Shown piece by piece: positions 25,601 through 40,600 of a stretch of 64,000 nucleotides of DNA; the stretch's first letter is position 1; every line of letters starts with the position of its first letter. The notes beneath the pieces were generated by a model. The model saw only the letters and a program-made list of their open reading frames with translations, searched no databases and had not been told where the DNA came from. The DNA comes from Antedon mediterranea (lineage: Eukaryota > Animalia > Echinodermata): the NCBI RefSeq assembly GCF_964355755.1, contig NC_092672.1, forward strand, positions 12,152,001 to 12,216,000, written 5' to 3'. Position numbers and translations under genes: made by a program.

Positions 25601-28600
25601 CTACCTCTATAGTGCAGTGTTGCTGGCTCTACACAACTTCTTTCTGAAAATGAAAAAGATAATTACGATAATGATTGATAGACTGTTTTACTGCTCTTAT
25701 TTGTTTGGGTTTTCCTACTTCTAACAGTTTCAAAAGTTGTGTTGGCATCACTATTGATAATCTAGTTTTTAGTCGCGTGGAAGCGACTCTATAGTTCACT
25801 ATGTCGGTCGGTCGGTCTGTCTGTCGGTCTGTCTGTCTGTCTGTCGGTTCGGTATCACTATGCGTTTTATCGCTTTCTGACCTTATCTTGATATCAGTTT
25901 AATCTAGCTAGGTCAATTTTTCACAGTATATTCCTTATGGCCAGGAATCAATGTGGTTATGTTTTCACGGTGCGCAATAAAAAATTACGCGGTCTACGCA
26001 CGATTTAACGAAATCACGTTTGTAATCATATCTTCACAACCATGAATCACAATTAAATAAAATTTGGTACTCATAAATTTCAGGGCATAAATCATCATAT
26101 GGCAATACAATTACGTGCGTAGCGCATGTAACGCATGCGTACGCGCGCTTAAAATTTTCCAAATTTATTTTCGATGAAATAAGAGTACATTTCAGGCAAT
26201 TTTAAGCGTTTACAAAATTGCCATGAGTGCGATATTTTTGCGCGCGTACTGCGCGTTAAATGTTATTGCGCACTCTTTTTGCCCGATTTCTGTTTTCTTG
26301 ACTTACTTTTTAACTCGAAATTACGTTATGCGAGCACGTCGAAAGTGACAGGCTACGCACGTGTAAATTAAAAAAATATAAATGTTTTTAAACATTTCAA
26401 CATTTTTAAACATGTTCAGTAATTTCGGTCAGTATAGTTCACTATGTCGGTCGGTCTGTCGGTCTATCGGTCTGTATGTCGGTCCGGTATCACTATGCAT
26501 TGTAGCACGCGACTTAATGGCTGTTGGCCTTGTTAAATTGTAGGGTACAGTAATGGTATTTCTAGGGCTGGTATATGTAATGCATTTTAACAGATGGTTA
26601 ATTTATCAAGACTTTACTCAAATCTTGGAAGAAAGAAGAAAACATACAATAACATTGTTCTTCATAACTTTCGAAAACAAGTTATGTTTTAAAAACACTC
26701 ATTCATTTTTAAAAGACTTATGTATGGTCAGATGATAACGTATAGTTCAATATTTCTAATACTTGTATTTAATAATAGTGGTTGGTACAGTATGTCAGAT
26801 AGTACAATATGTGTATAATAATGATCATAGTAAGTAATTATTAGGTTTCATGAATAGATTGCACGTAAAAGTTGAATAATGTTTTCATTATTTATACAGA
26901 TATCATTCCAATAGTAAAAGTGTGAAACTGTAAAATCAACCTACTTACTTGTTTTTTCTGATGTTGAAGACATACGTGTTTCAAATGTCTTTTCTCTTTC
27001 TCCTTCAGTGGCATTTTGTTCAGCTGTAAAAAACAATTCATTTTGTAAAAAAGCAACATAAAAATTGGAAAAGTTATTGTTTTGAATTCCTTTCCAATCG
27101 TGTAGAATTCTTATAAATAAATTCAATAAATAAGTGTAAACAATACCATTCAGTTACTTTAGAGAACATAAAATAAAAGTAAATAAATGTTCAGACAAAC
27201 GTACCGGGCAAAAACAGACGCTTGATATGAGCAGTATCCATAGCGTCATTCTTTCCACATTCAACCGAATTCTCGTTTAAACACCTTTTGAGATTGTGTA
27301 AGTGATGTTTATTTGGATCACAAACAGTGCATAATACACGAAGTTTGTAACCGATACCCTCGTATATAGTACAGACAGTTTGTAGTTGTTTCTTCAAGTA
27401 GCTTAGTACCTAAAATGAGACGGACATTTTATCTCAAGATATAATTTATTATTACATGTCATAGTATGTTAATTTGTTAATTTCGTGTTCATTACCTCCA
27501 TGCAGACACTTGGTTGTAGTTCTGGTTTAACTTTCAACTCTATGTTAGTGTCATCAATAGCTGTAGTAGGACTCCAGATTCTTAGGCGATATATTTCAAG
27601 CTGTTAAAAAAACGAAGAGAAACATGTATACATGGGACCATTACTAATTTCAGAATCACCTTTTGTTAAATTGAATACAAAATACATCATTAAGTTTACA
27701 ACTTTAAGTAGGGCTAATATAAACGGACATATTCGATGAGGTAGGTGATTATTAAAGTAATCCAGATTTTATGATATTTCCTTTTGCATATATCTTAATT
27801 GAAAATGTAAATGAAAGTAAAAGAGCATGTCAATAGATATACTGAATGTATATACCTTCAATGCATATGGCTTTTCTTGTGTATTGTTAATTTTGACGAC
27901 ACCTAGACTGACTCTATGTTCTTTAAAGTTGAAGTCACTACGATTCCGATATACTAGTGGATCATCACTGTCGGCTTTCGTCGTCAATTCAAGAAATGCA
28001 ACAACTAAAGTGTGGTACACAGCATCAGGGAGAAAGTCGGTCGGAGTAAGGTAAATTGATACCATTTGCACATTATCATCTTTGGTGACTTCCAGACGCT
28101 CGTTGTCCACTTTCATCCGACACGGAACCAAGAACACTCGGTTACTATCTTCAACCCCCTGTTATGAACATAGTTACATAATTTAAAAGACAAACTTATT
28201 TTTTTATTATTCTTAAAATATTAAAATAATGTACTAGTTTTACTATCTACAGTTTTTTCTTCTTACATCACATTTATGTTTATTTTCATACAATAATGAT
28301 GTTCATAATGATACTATTATTTTTATTCCTAAAAATAGAAAAAAACTAATTTAAACATAAAATGATATCAGTCTAGTGAACGTAAAATACGGAACAACTT
28401 CCTAAAAACATCACAGATTCATCTACAAAAAAACATGCGGTTCTTTCTTAAAAGATTTTTCATTTAACTCTAAACTGTTATATTAAAAAATGAAAAAACA
28501 GTCAGTTAATGTTTAGCTTTGTTTTTTTCTGTCGCTAATTTGTATTTCCATATACAATTATAACTTGGTTTAATTTGTGTTAGAATTAAACTGTTAATTA

Positions 28601-31600
28601 ATAATTGTGAATCAAAAGCCGAATTATAAATTTATCTATACCATTATCACATTTGTTTTATTATTAATTTGTTTGATAATCATTATTTTAAACATGTATT
28701 GTTAACTTTGTTTAGATTGCATTTATAATTTAGACCATACATGCATACATAATAATTGTTAATAAACCTTAGTTTAGGAGTGTGTACTTACCGCCATTTC
28801 AAAAAGTAACCGAAACTCCTTCATTACTTCTATAAACACTTCAATGTGGCCTTCTTCCTGTTGCCATAGATAACGTAGTAACTTCTCCTCGAGAATCCCT
28901 TTCTCACTTAGCTTATTCCATAACTGCATCAGTTGCTTCTGTGTAAAAATCGTCTTAACTGTATCACTAAACACACGGTAATAATTATGTTTGACGAATC
29001 AATGAAATTAAGTCAAGAACAACAATGCAATTCCTGCCTACCTTTTTAATAGTCGGTTTAACTACTGTGATCACCTTTGTCAACATCTGAATCATTATGT
29101 GAATATTTGTTATCACTGTGTTTTCTAATTTCTTGTTAGTATTTGAATACATGATTGCTCCAATGTCATTTAGGTACGTTAATGCATGTAATAGCCCATC
29201 TGTTGAAATTCCACATTCAGTGCAAATCACAGAAGCCTAATAACAAATTGAGATTATTTAAAGAATTTGCGTACACTCTATTAAATCATAGATGATTATT
29301 ATAGATCTTACTATAGTTTATTATAATATCTCTATGATTGAATGTAGACGATGGTTTTTAGAAATTAGAATAATATATTGGGTAAACTCTCAAATTGTTG
29401 TAAAAAAGAGACGTTTTGACCAAATTAAAAATATTTGAATTGATGTAAAATATATAAAGAAACCTAAAATTTTATCAGTGTCTTTAAACTTACTCTATTC
29501 TGTCTGATGTCAACTTATTTTATTAGCTGCATTATGGGAGTATGTTTGAATAGGTGTAAAACATGACCGAAGTAATAATATGTACCGCGTTTAGAGCGTT
29601 CAAAACAATTGGCTCTTTATAAATCTAGGATCATCATTATCATTTTGGCTCTTTATAAATCCAGGATCATCATTATCAGTGTTATTACCGTTGTCGTCGT
29701 CGTCATCGTAATTTTTAATAACGTTCTACCATTTTTGCAGAATTATAAAATTCTGCTAAAATGGGCAAGCCAGAATGATATACATTGTCCCAAGACCTAC
29801 AGTATATTTTATAACCAACAAAAGTCAATACATGATTATTATCTTTAAAAAATAAAAAACATACCTCAATGAAGGTAATGCATAGTCTGGTTTTTCCCAT
29901 TCCTTGCAACCTTTCTTGCAAATCAAGCCACTTGAATGGAACGGTTCTCACCATGTCCTTCATGTAACGACCAACGTTTCTCCTTAGTTGTTTTATACCT
30001 TCATGTGATTTTACAGTGTTATCGACCATGTACATCTCACGATCTACATGATCGGCATATGGCATTCCTTCCATTGTTCTAAACATTAACTGAAACTTAT
30101 CCTCCACTTCCTTTAATAAAAATATTGTTTTCATTACAAGCGTAAACAAAACAACACAAATTTATCTTTTATTACAAAATGTTCATCCACATTCTGATTT
30201 GAATACATCTAGACCGTATACTATTAATTACCGATTATTTAATATAAATGCAGAACCAATATTACCTCCATCCAAATTTTTGATTTTGACTTTTTCAATT
30301 TGTCCATATGTGTAGCAACCAAACAGATAGGAGGTGACTGGATAATCTTGCCAACAACGTCAATGGGACTTCCTGGACCATGTCGTTTCACAGTATGTTC
30401 ATAAATGGACCTTATCCAGAACATATTCATTTCCAAATTGGTCATTCCTAGTGTACTCTAATATCACAAATAAAATGCAATCTTACAAAGTAAGCTAAAA
30501 TATTCTCAATAACAAAGATATGCATATTTAATAAAGTGTATTCGAGCGAAATAAGTAGGTAGTCAACTTACTGTGGTTGAATCTCGCGGATTAGCTGGTT
30601 CATCCAAGTTATCACACGCATTAAATGCTACACAGTAGGATACTCTATTTGTGAGGAAAAACTAAACAAAATACAATTGATAATAATAACTTTTTTTTAT
30701 ACTCCACGACATTTATTAGGGATGTGTTAATTGATACATGCAATCATACTTTGGTGAACATGTTATACCACAACACAATGTCGTACTGTCACTATGAGCA
30801 AATCTCTTTTTTTTTAATAATCATTTAACATATAAAACAAAAACTATGAACAAAAGAAAAAATACATAAATCAAATAAAATTGTAAAATATAATTTAAAG
30901 GTCTGTATAATAGAATAGATACGTAAACAAGCAAATCAATGCCCTTTTTTTAAACATGCACCAATAAATTTACTTTTTAATTTTTAAGACATTTTTAAGT
31001 AATAGCAAATAACAAAATAGGAACATACCCTATGCGTTATGTAGTAGTCCAGTTGACCTGCGTAGTCCCATATAGTAGTTACGTCACTTGGAATACTTTC
31101 TGAATCATCACTTCTTTTTACAAATTTCCTAATCAGTTTCATCGCCCAACTATCTTTCTGTCTTCGCTTTTTTATTTTAGCAACAACTTTTCTTTGAATG
31201 GAGTCGGGAATTGTCAGATTTTCTTTTAGTTGACTCTCTAAATTCAAATAATGACTACAAATCAATGGGGTGTGTGTACATTAGATATGGATATGGATAG
31301 ATGGACTGGTCTGATATGTTGTGAGTAGACATAATGAATGTTAATTTGGATAAAAAAGTGTATACAATAAATAAATACATCAGTCAGGATGATTAAAGAA
31401 TTGAACGAGCAGTGAATGAACACATTTATTTGTTTGCAACAAGAAAAGAAATCTCACTCTTCCCTGGTTGGACAAACTTTTTGAGAACATAATTTTCCAG
31501 AATGTTTCATACTAATGGTACAATGCCATACATATTATTTTATCAAATATAAAGAAAACCAAATAATGAGTCCAACCCTTTCTTGCTGATTCCACTGCCA

Positions 31601-34600
31601 ATGACGTGTAATCAGACTCTCTGGAATCAGATGTAGAAGCCTCACATAAAGGAAGTTCGTTGAAAGATGTTCTTTCTTTCATCTTTGATGTAATTTCTTC
31701 CACTACAGCCTCTTCAAATATTCTCTGGGTTTGCTTGAATCTGGAGTTTTCTGTCGGCGAAAATGTATAACTAAAAATGATTATTTGTGTCGTGTTGCAC
31801 TCATAACGAATAAAATGGTTATATTATTATATACTAGAGCAGTGAAATATCACTTATATGCCTGTATAAACTCCCCAGTTTAACAAGTACTACTTTATAT
31901 TAATAATAGTAAAACAATAATATAAACAACACTCCTATGAAGTTATAGTGTGATAATTTTGTGTTTCTTTCAGTATCAGCATGTATAATACACTACATTA
32001 ATTTATTATTTACATTAAGTTGGTTTATTTACTTTTTTTAAGAAAAGAAATTACTATTTTAGATCTTGTCATGCAATTAATTTGTTGTTTATTAATTCGT
32101 GCGAGGACTTGTTAGGCCTATTACTATTAGTAAAGTGATTATATACAAAACGACCACACTTTACTTATGCAAAATGATCGTCAAAAATATTTAAAAATTA
32201 ATCAAACCTTCCACTGAAGACACAGAGTCAGAAGATATAGAACATTCGAAATCAGATATTGGATATGTTGAAACTGCACCTTGTAAATGGAATTTGGTTT
32301 CAGTTGACGTTTGTTTTTTCATATTTGCTGTGATGTGTTCAGGCGTTTTCGGGGATGTTCCTGCAATTCATTATAATATATTTTTGATACAATATAATAG
32401 ACTGTATAACATTTCACTTTTATGTATGTTTCTATACTGTATGAGTGCATCTTAACTTGATTATGATCACATAGACAGTTTGTTTAGAATATTAAAAATA
32501 CCCTTGTAATAGAAATTGTAGTAGATATTCATCATACCTATTTTTACTGGATCCACAGAAGAGATTGCTGATGATTCCAGTTGGGAATCAGATTTAGATG
32601 TTGACATATCTGAACTTCCTTCACCATCATCCATTTCTTCCTTTATTAACTGTGTTGCAAGTTTTTCTGCAAGTGCATCTTCTCGTATTTTCTTGTTGAG
32701 CTCCATAACTGTTAAAAAAAAAGGTGAAATAAGATTGTACGATAAACATCATAGAGATAAATAAAAATACTAAAATTACAGAAATGAGATACATCATCAT
32801 ATCATCATCATCACCTGTAAAATACAATAAATATGTAGGTAATTTATGTAATTATAGACCCAAATGCATTTTTAAGTATTTGATAAAAATATTATTTCCA
32901 GTGTACCTTACCGGTACGTTTTTACCTTTATTATGATACTAATTAATCTCTATACACAAATTGGCCAAAGCAGGCAATTATGCGTTTGTTGAAGGAAGAA
33001 GAAAGAGAGAGTTTCTCTCTTTTGTGGGGACAGCTCACTTTGAACGAACAGTTAATGGGTTATTTGGTATGGTTGAATTCTTCTTTTCAAACTTACCGTC
33101 GATATCTTCCTTCTTCCACCTGTCACACTCTTTTCCAATTGCTTGAAACAATGTCGTTGTGATAGCAATACCATCAGTAGATGGTTCGTTGGATTTAAAT
33201 CTATAATAATGAATAATGAACTCTAAAAGGTCGGATTTAATGAAAGGAGAATGTATCCAATAGTTCATCTTAAAATATTAATATATTTAAAATAAAAACG
33301 AAGTGAAGATCACAAGTAAATAAGCATATGCTTCACACTTCTTGGGGATATTTAAAACAAACTGAAACTTTCAGCAACAGAATTTGCATAAACATCGTCG
33401 TCACCATCACCGTCTATGTCACCATCATCGTCATTATCATCATAATTGCCATTATAATCATCATCATTATTATTATTCGAAAAAGAATGAAAACCCGTTA
33501 CTCAAAGACGAAACTTCAGGTATCAACTATTTAAAATAAGAACCTCACTAATACCAATTTTTGTATTTTATTGAATAATTTACATATTAAAATACTCAGG
33601 ACCAAACTTATTATAAACAAGAAATCCAAACAACTCGTTAAATGTTGTCAATTGCATTAGAGATACTTATGAAAAAAGATAAAGTTTTTTAAATGGTTCA
33701 AAGAACAAAAGATTGATTTTAATATATTTTTTGATAAGGAATGTTATGCCATGACTATTATAGAGAACATGAATACACGATTTTAAATAAATGAGCACTT
33801 CATATATTGTAATGGTAAAAACACCATTCAACTTGTATCATAATTGCTGTTTATTGAGGAAGATCATGTATTTTTTATTAGTGCATCTCATAAAATAACT
33901 TTTTTCTTTTGTTACCTTTGTCCAAGCATGGCCTTTACACAGCTTGTTTTTCCAGCACCTTCTTTTCCGAGAAACATACATCTTGAATTTACAACTGCAA
34001 TTTCACCATTTTCAAGTTCATTTTGAAATGATCTAATGGCGCTCTCACCTCTAGCTAATATTTCAACTGGAACTAAATTGCAATTAAAATAAATGCAAAA
34101 TATACAAAAGGAAGTGTACAAATACAAATATTTTTCACTTAAGAATCAATTCAAAGCCAGAGTTTTAAAAATGTCATGAGAGCTCATCTTCGTCACATTC
34201 ATACAGTTCAAATGTTCAGTACAATGTTAAATATGTGTCATTAGTAATACACAGTTTAATATTCATGATGCAAAACTCAAGAAAAGTGTATTAATACAAA
34301 CTTACTGTCAAGTAACTCCAATATCGTATTTTTCTTTTCTTTGGAGATATGACTATCCTTCAAAGCAGATGCTGGTGTTTGTCCTCGCTATACAAAAAAT
34401 TGTATTAAAGTATTATCCACTGTTACTTTACTAATCTATATATAAATTTACGTAAGGAAAAAAATCGGTAAATCACCCCTTACTTCTAGAATTTTTATTT
34501 GATGGTATATATAGTTGGTTCGTACTTTTGGTACTGATTTTAACCACCTTATGTAACTCTGTTTACTAATTAAATTGAGTTAGATAATTATTTATTGACG

Positions 34601-37600
34601 ATTAAAGCGAATTTACGATTTGCCACGAATAGAGGTGTTTTTCACAAATTGTTTTACATTATATAAACACATATACAAATAATCTTTATTACTGACAGTT
34701 GCTTCTCAACGTTTGTATTAATTAATAGTGTCATTACAAAAATATATATATATATTGCACCCATCCTCTTTTCCATCCCTCAACCCTAATGTTACATACA
34801 AAACACAAATTAAGTTTGTTTAAATTTGACTCAAACAATTGGTTCAGAGGGTGCTAATTTTAGTTGAGTACATAAATCACCGTTTTTATTTATTCGTCAT
34901 TGTAAATGACATTTATTGTCCTGTGGTACGTACATTTGAAATCGCCAGTTTTTTAACGCTGAAATTACTATGTATTCAAGAAGACTCTGTGGATGACCTA
35001 GATGCGAGCGAAGCTTAATGTGTGCATATTAAGTGCACACATTAATATGACACAATCTGAGTACCTTTGCACTAACAAACAACAATACTAACTGCTCTAC
35101 CATTTAATGTTTATTGTGATTGAATACACTTAGTCTTTAAAAATCTCTCAAAACCTATATTTTGAATTTTTAATTGTCTAAATTGTTCTGTCTATGTAAA
35201 GCGCATTAAGGCTTTCAGCATAATGCGCTAATTGAAGTACCAGTTATTATTATTATTATTAAAAATGCTATTGAAAAAAATATTATAAAAGAATAGTCGA
35301 TACTGATTAAATGTACATGTTAATTATCGCATCTATGAGAATTTACCACCACTAGCAGCAACCCGTGCTCCGCATTGTCTTTGTCGGCTTTAATATATGA
35401 TTATATAATAATTCGCATGGGATGAGTAAGTATCATATAAGCGCACTCTTCCCTCATAAAACGCCATGGATTTTGTTATACACCAAGTATTCCTTCACTT
35501 TTAAGTAACTATGAGCTACAAAATAAAAGCAATACTGGATATGGGACTTTACGAAAATGGAAAAAATTGTGCTGTGTGAATACGATGATGCGCGCAATAA
35601 CATAACGAAAGTATAAAATGGCAAACTATATTATTTTGGGTGTTTTTCGTGGTGTATTAAGTATTATTTTGATACATTGAAATAAAAAGTGAACAAAAAT
35701 CGAACGGAATAGAAAGTGCAGGAGATTAAAATATTTTAATAAAGTATTGGAATAAATCAACACAAAAAATAGTCGAAATTTGACGATGCGCTCGGACACA
35801 AACTATTACTTTTTGGGTGTATTTTTTTTTGAGACGTCAAATTACTGCTATTGTTTGCCTTTTTTAGTGTTTATCCTTAAAATTCAGGAAAGTGACATAG
35901 CCTATCGTGTGCGGCCCATCAATAAACATCAGTGTGCCAAATGTGAGCACGTACCGTTCGGTGGCTTTGGAAGAGATACATAAAATTAAAAAAATTTAGT
36001 AGCATTAATATTTAGTTGCTAACATAATGTCTTTAAACAATTGGCGCCCTTTCTGATATTGTTTGGCTCCATCAAGATAATGATTACTGTGTATTAGTTA
36101 ACACAAGATTTGTAATATTTTAAGTTGATAGATACTCCTAATCAAAATAAGAGTATACCTTGGATATAAGGGTAATGGTTTGCTTAATAAGCACAATTTA
36201 AAAATGCAAATGCAATGTTGCTGCATTAATTGACGGTACCTTGTTTCTTGCTTTAAGTGATGCTCCGTGGGCTATGAGACTGTTCACTATTTCTATTTTA
36301 CCACTCGTGCCAGTCCCAACGTGTTCATGTAGCGGTGTGTTTCCCTCCTGGAAAGCAGAAAGTTGTATGTATAATAATATACATTTTACACTTTAGATAC
36401 TAGAACTAAGGTTTAAACAAATTTAATATTGTATTCGTTCTACTCCTACAATTATAACAAGCAATTAACTACTACATCCAATTATTATATATTTTGCTTT
36501 TCGTGGGCTACTCGTCTTTCAGTAGGTAACTTCGATGATCATCCCTGCCAAATCGCCATGACTTGCGATTATACAAGTACAATTATTTAAACTCTGGTGG
36601 CAACTGGAAATGCGTCTGGCACGTGTACAGTCGGGAATGCGTCCAACGGATGTGAAGCATATATGTCTATCGATTATAGATTGAAAGTTAGATGATAAAT
36701 CTGAATTGGGGTAAAAAATTGACTTCAGTAATGTAAACGGGGTCCCATCGTTTTATTACTTTTTATGAAATCATACACATAAGCGCCATTATTGGTTCGG
36801 CATCATAGTCCGCAAGGTCTATGGTCAAGAAATTGTTAAGTAAATGGAGTATTTTGTTAATTGTCTACGATATACCACATTATAACAGTACTGTAGATAA
36901 TACAACTAGTGGATTTCAATTGGGACGTGGAGAGGTGTTAGCAATGAACATACTTTTGAAAGTACTGGTATTACCGTCTTTGATAAATAAATAACTTTTT
37001 ACACAATGAAAATAAAGTAAACAAACACAAGGTTTGTTTTATACGGGAGCTCATTCGAAATAATAACATTAATTATTAATTTTTTTAATCATTGTAAGAG
37101 CAATTTACATTGTTTGTTGCTGTGATTGATGCTCCGTGAGCTATGAGACTGTTCACTATCTCTACATTACCCTCGCCATACCAAACGTGTTTATGTAGCG
37201 GTGTGTCTCCATCCTGGAAAGAAGAAATTAGATTAAACTTGACGCATTTTTTTAAGAATACAGGTAGTATTTTTTTTTTCAGGTAGTATTATATTACATA
37301 TTTATCCTTTTCTACATTCATTTTGTAATTATTTAATAGTGACTGTAAATTATAATAAGTTATTAAGAAAATAAGAAGAAAATAATACAATTTGCTGAGT
37401 TTAATTATTATAATACAGATGGGTTAGCATTGAACACATGTTAAGAAAATAATAATACAACTTGTACCCTGGAAAGAAGAAAGTTAGATTAAACTTTACG
37501 CATTTTTTTAAAAGAATACAGGTAGTATTATATTACATATTTATCCTTTTCTATATTTCATTTTGTAGTTTATTGAGAGTGACTGTAAATTATATAGAAA

Positions 37601-40600
37601 GACCTATTTTAAGAAAATAATACAACTTGCTGATTTTAATTATTATAATACAGAGGGGTTAGCAATGAACACATTTTAAAAGTATTGATTTAGCGTCTTT
37701 TTCGATCTAAAACGCTACAGCTACACGATTTTCAATATATTTTAAATTGTATTTTTGCTTTGATAATAACTATACATTGTTTCTACTAAAGAAAATCACA
37801 ATAAACGAATCTAGAGTTTGCTTATAACGGGGGACAATTTAAATTCACTTGTAATGTTAACTAATACGAATAATTACGTTACGATTTTTAAATCATTGTA
37901 AAAGAGTAATTTACATTGTTTGTTGCTGTGATTGATGCTCCGTGGGCTATGAGACTGTTCACTATCTCTACATTACCATCGGCAAACCTAAAGTGTACAT
38001 GTAGCGGTGTGTTTCCCTTCTGAAAAGAAGAAAGTTAGATTAAACTTGACGCATTTTTTTAAGAATACAGGTATTATTATATTACATATTTATCCTTTTC
38101 TATATTTCATTTTGTAATTCATTAAGAGTGAATGTAAATTATATAGAAAAATCTAGTATTAAGAAAATAATAAAACTTGTTTAAAAAGTATTGATTTAGC
38201 GTCTTTTTCGATCTAAAACTCTACAGCTACACGATTTTCGATATATTTTAAATTGTATTTTTGCTTTGATAATAACTAAACATTTTTCCAATGAAAAACA
38301 CAATAAACGAATCTAGAGTTTGCTTATAACGGGAGATAATGTAAATTCACTTGTAGTGTTAACTAATACGAATAATTACGTTAAGGATTTTTAAATCATT
38401 GTATAAGAGTAATTTACATTGTTTGCTGCTTTGATTAGTGCTCCGTGAGCTATAAGACTGTTCACTATCTCTATATTACCACGGCCCAACTCAACGTGTG
38501 CATGTAGCGGTGTGTTTCCATTCTGGAAAGAAGAAAGTTAGTATTATTATATTTCATTTTTATCCTTTTCTACATTCATTTTCTAATTTTCTAAACCCTA
38601 CAGCTACACGATTTTCAATATATTTTAAATTGTATTTTTGCTTTGATAATAACTAAACATTTTTCCAATGAAAAACACAATAAACGAATCTAGAGTTTGC
38701 TTATAACGGGAGATAATGTAAATTCACTTGTAGTGTTAACTAATACGAATAATTACGTTAAGGATTTTTAAATCATTGTATAAGAGTAATTTACATTGTT
38801 TGCTGCTTTGATTAGTGCTCCGTGAGCTATAAGACTGTTCACTATCTCTATATTACCACGGCCCAACTCAACGTGTGCATGTAGCGGTGTGTTTCCATTC
38901 TGGAAAGAAGAAAGTTAGTATTATTATATTTCATTTTTATCCTTTTCTACATTCATTTTCTAATTCATTAAGAGTGAATGTAAATTATATGGAAATACCT
39001 GGTATTAAAAAAATAATGACTAACTGATTTCAATTAAGACATGCAGAGGATTTAACAATGAACATCATTTTGAATGTATTGATTTTAGCGTCTTGTTTAA
39101 TCTAAAATTCGACAGCTGTACATGATGTTTAAATATCGTAAATTATATGGTGATGGTTAATAACTATAAATAATATAATTTATTAAATGAATAAACATAT
39201 TCCTACGCCTAGACATTTCGTTTAGATTCAAGTAAACTTTCATGAATACTGAATTAGTAGATATGTATGTATTTTATCAAACCGCCTTCAAAACATAATT
39301 GCAAATTCCAACAATACACACTACGGTGAATTCAATAAATATTTTGTTATATTATTAATCTACTATCCATCCCACCTTCATCCTACAATAAAAAAAAATA
39401 TTACGTAATTTTGAATGCAAGCTATGTGTATGTATCGTGTTATATGACATTTGCCTTTTTGTTATATTTGTTGCATTTGTATTTTATCCTATAGGTGACG
39501 TACTGTCTGTAGTTTACCATTTTTTTTTTCTACTACGAATAATAACGTTAATGATTTAAATTATAGTAAATCTCTGTCAACGCTACCAAACTGTATCAAT
39601 AAAGTTTCGTAATGTCTGTATTTTACCAATTTTATCATATCTTTACTATATTTATTTAATATGTGACAAGCAGGACAATTTGTTTTACATTTCTCAGAGC
39701 TTGATGATCTCAAAATCACAATAAATGCGTTAAAATTGAATCAAACAACAATAATAACAAACTACTATTTATCAACTGTGAGATTTAACAACAATGTATC
39801 TCGTCTCTTTCCCTCAACCTTGCCGTTAAATAATTATAGAGGAGGTAGTTTCAATAAACTTTGGCAGACGGCAAACATACAATGTATAGAGTGCGTTTAA
39901 ATATTTTCTGAGCTTACTAATGAGATCAGTATTTGTAGTAGACATAAGGACAATATATTTTAATTTAGATGGATTATTTGTGTAAGAGGATCGAAAACAT
40001 ATACTTAGTTCTACTATCTGAATAAACTAAAAGGAATTCATCTTCAATTGATTGTAGAGAGCATAATTTGCATAGTCTATCATTTCTATTAAGCCTAATA
40101 CGATTCCATCTTCCTTTTTCTAGTTATAATATTCCTAGTCTTAGTTAAGTCACACTGTGTCTATGTTTTTAATTTTAATTAAGTATTCTTCCATAATTCC
40201 AACATAATTTACATTGAATGCGTGTGAAATATTGGAGCTTATAGAGAGTGTAACCTATTATCTCATAGAATTATGTCGTTCAATGAGCCTCGCCTTTGTT
40301 TAAATTTTGAAATAAAAAATATTGTTGACCTGTTGAGCATGCCATGTTGCCAAATCCATTTATACATACTAAGTTTTACATCATTGACCCAAATCGCTCA
40401 TTTTGTTGCGTTTTTCTATGTTGAAAATCATAAAATTGTTTAATGAATTTTTCATAATCTATTTGGCTTACTCTCAGCCACTAACGAATTCAATTAATGA
40501 TACTTAGATTTTGGATAGGAAATCCTCGACATTCTCCTCTCATTACATTACTTAGAGCAGAATTTTCTATTCCTAAAAGATATTTTTATTTTAAAATCAA

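Noticed and set aside
31458-31511. Additional ROCO exon with an AG/GT pair
   Set aside because: In the required phase 1 it reads straight into a TGA, and the flanking exons join in frame without it.
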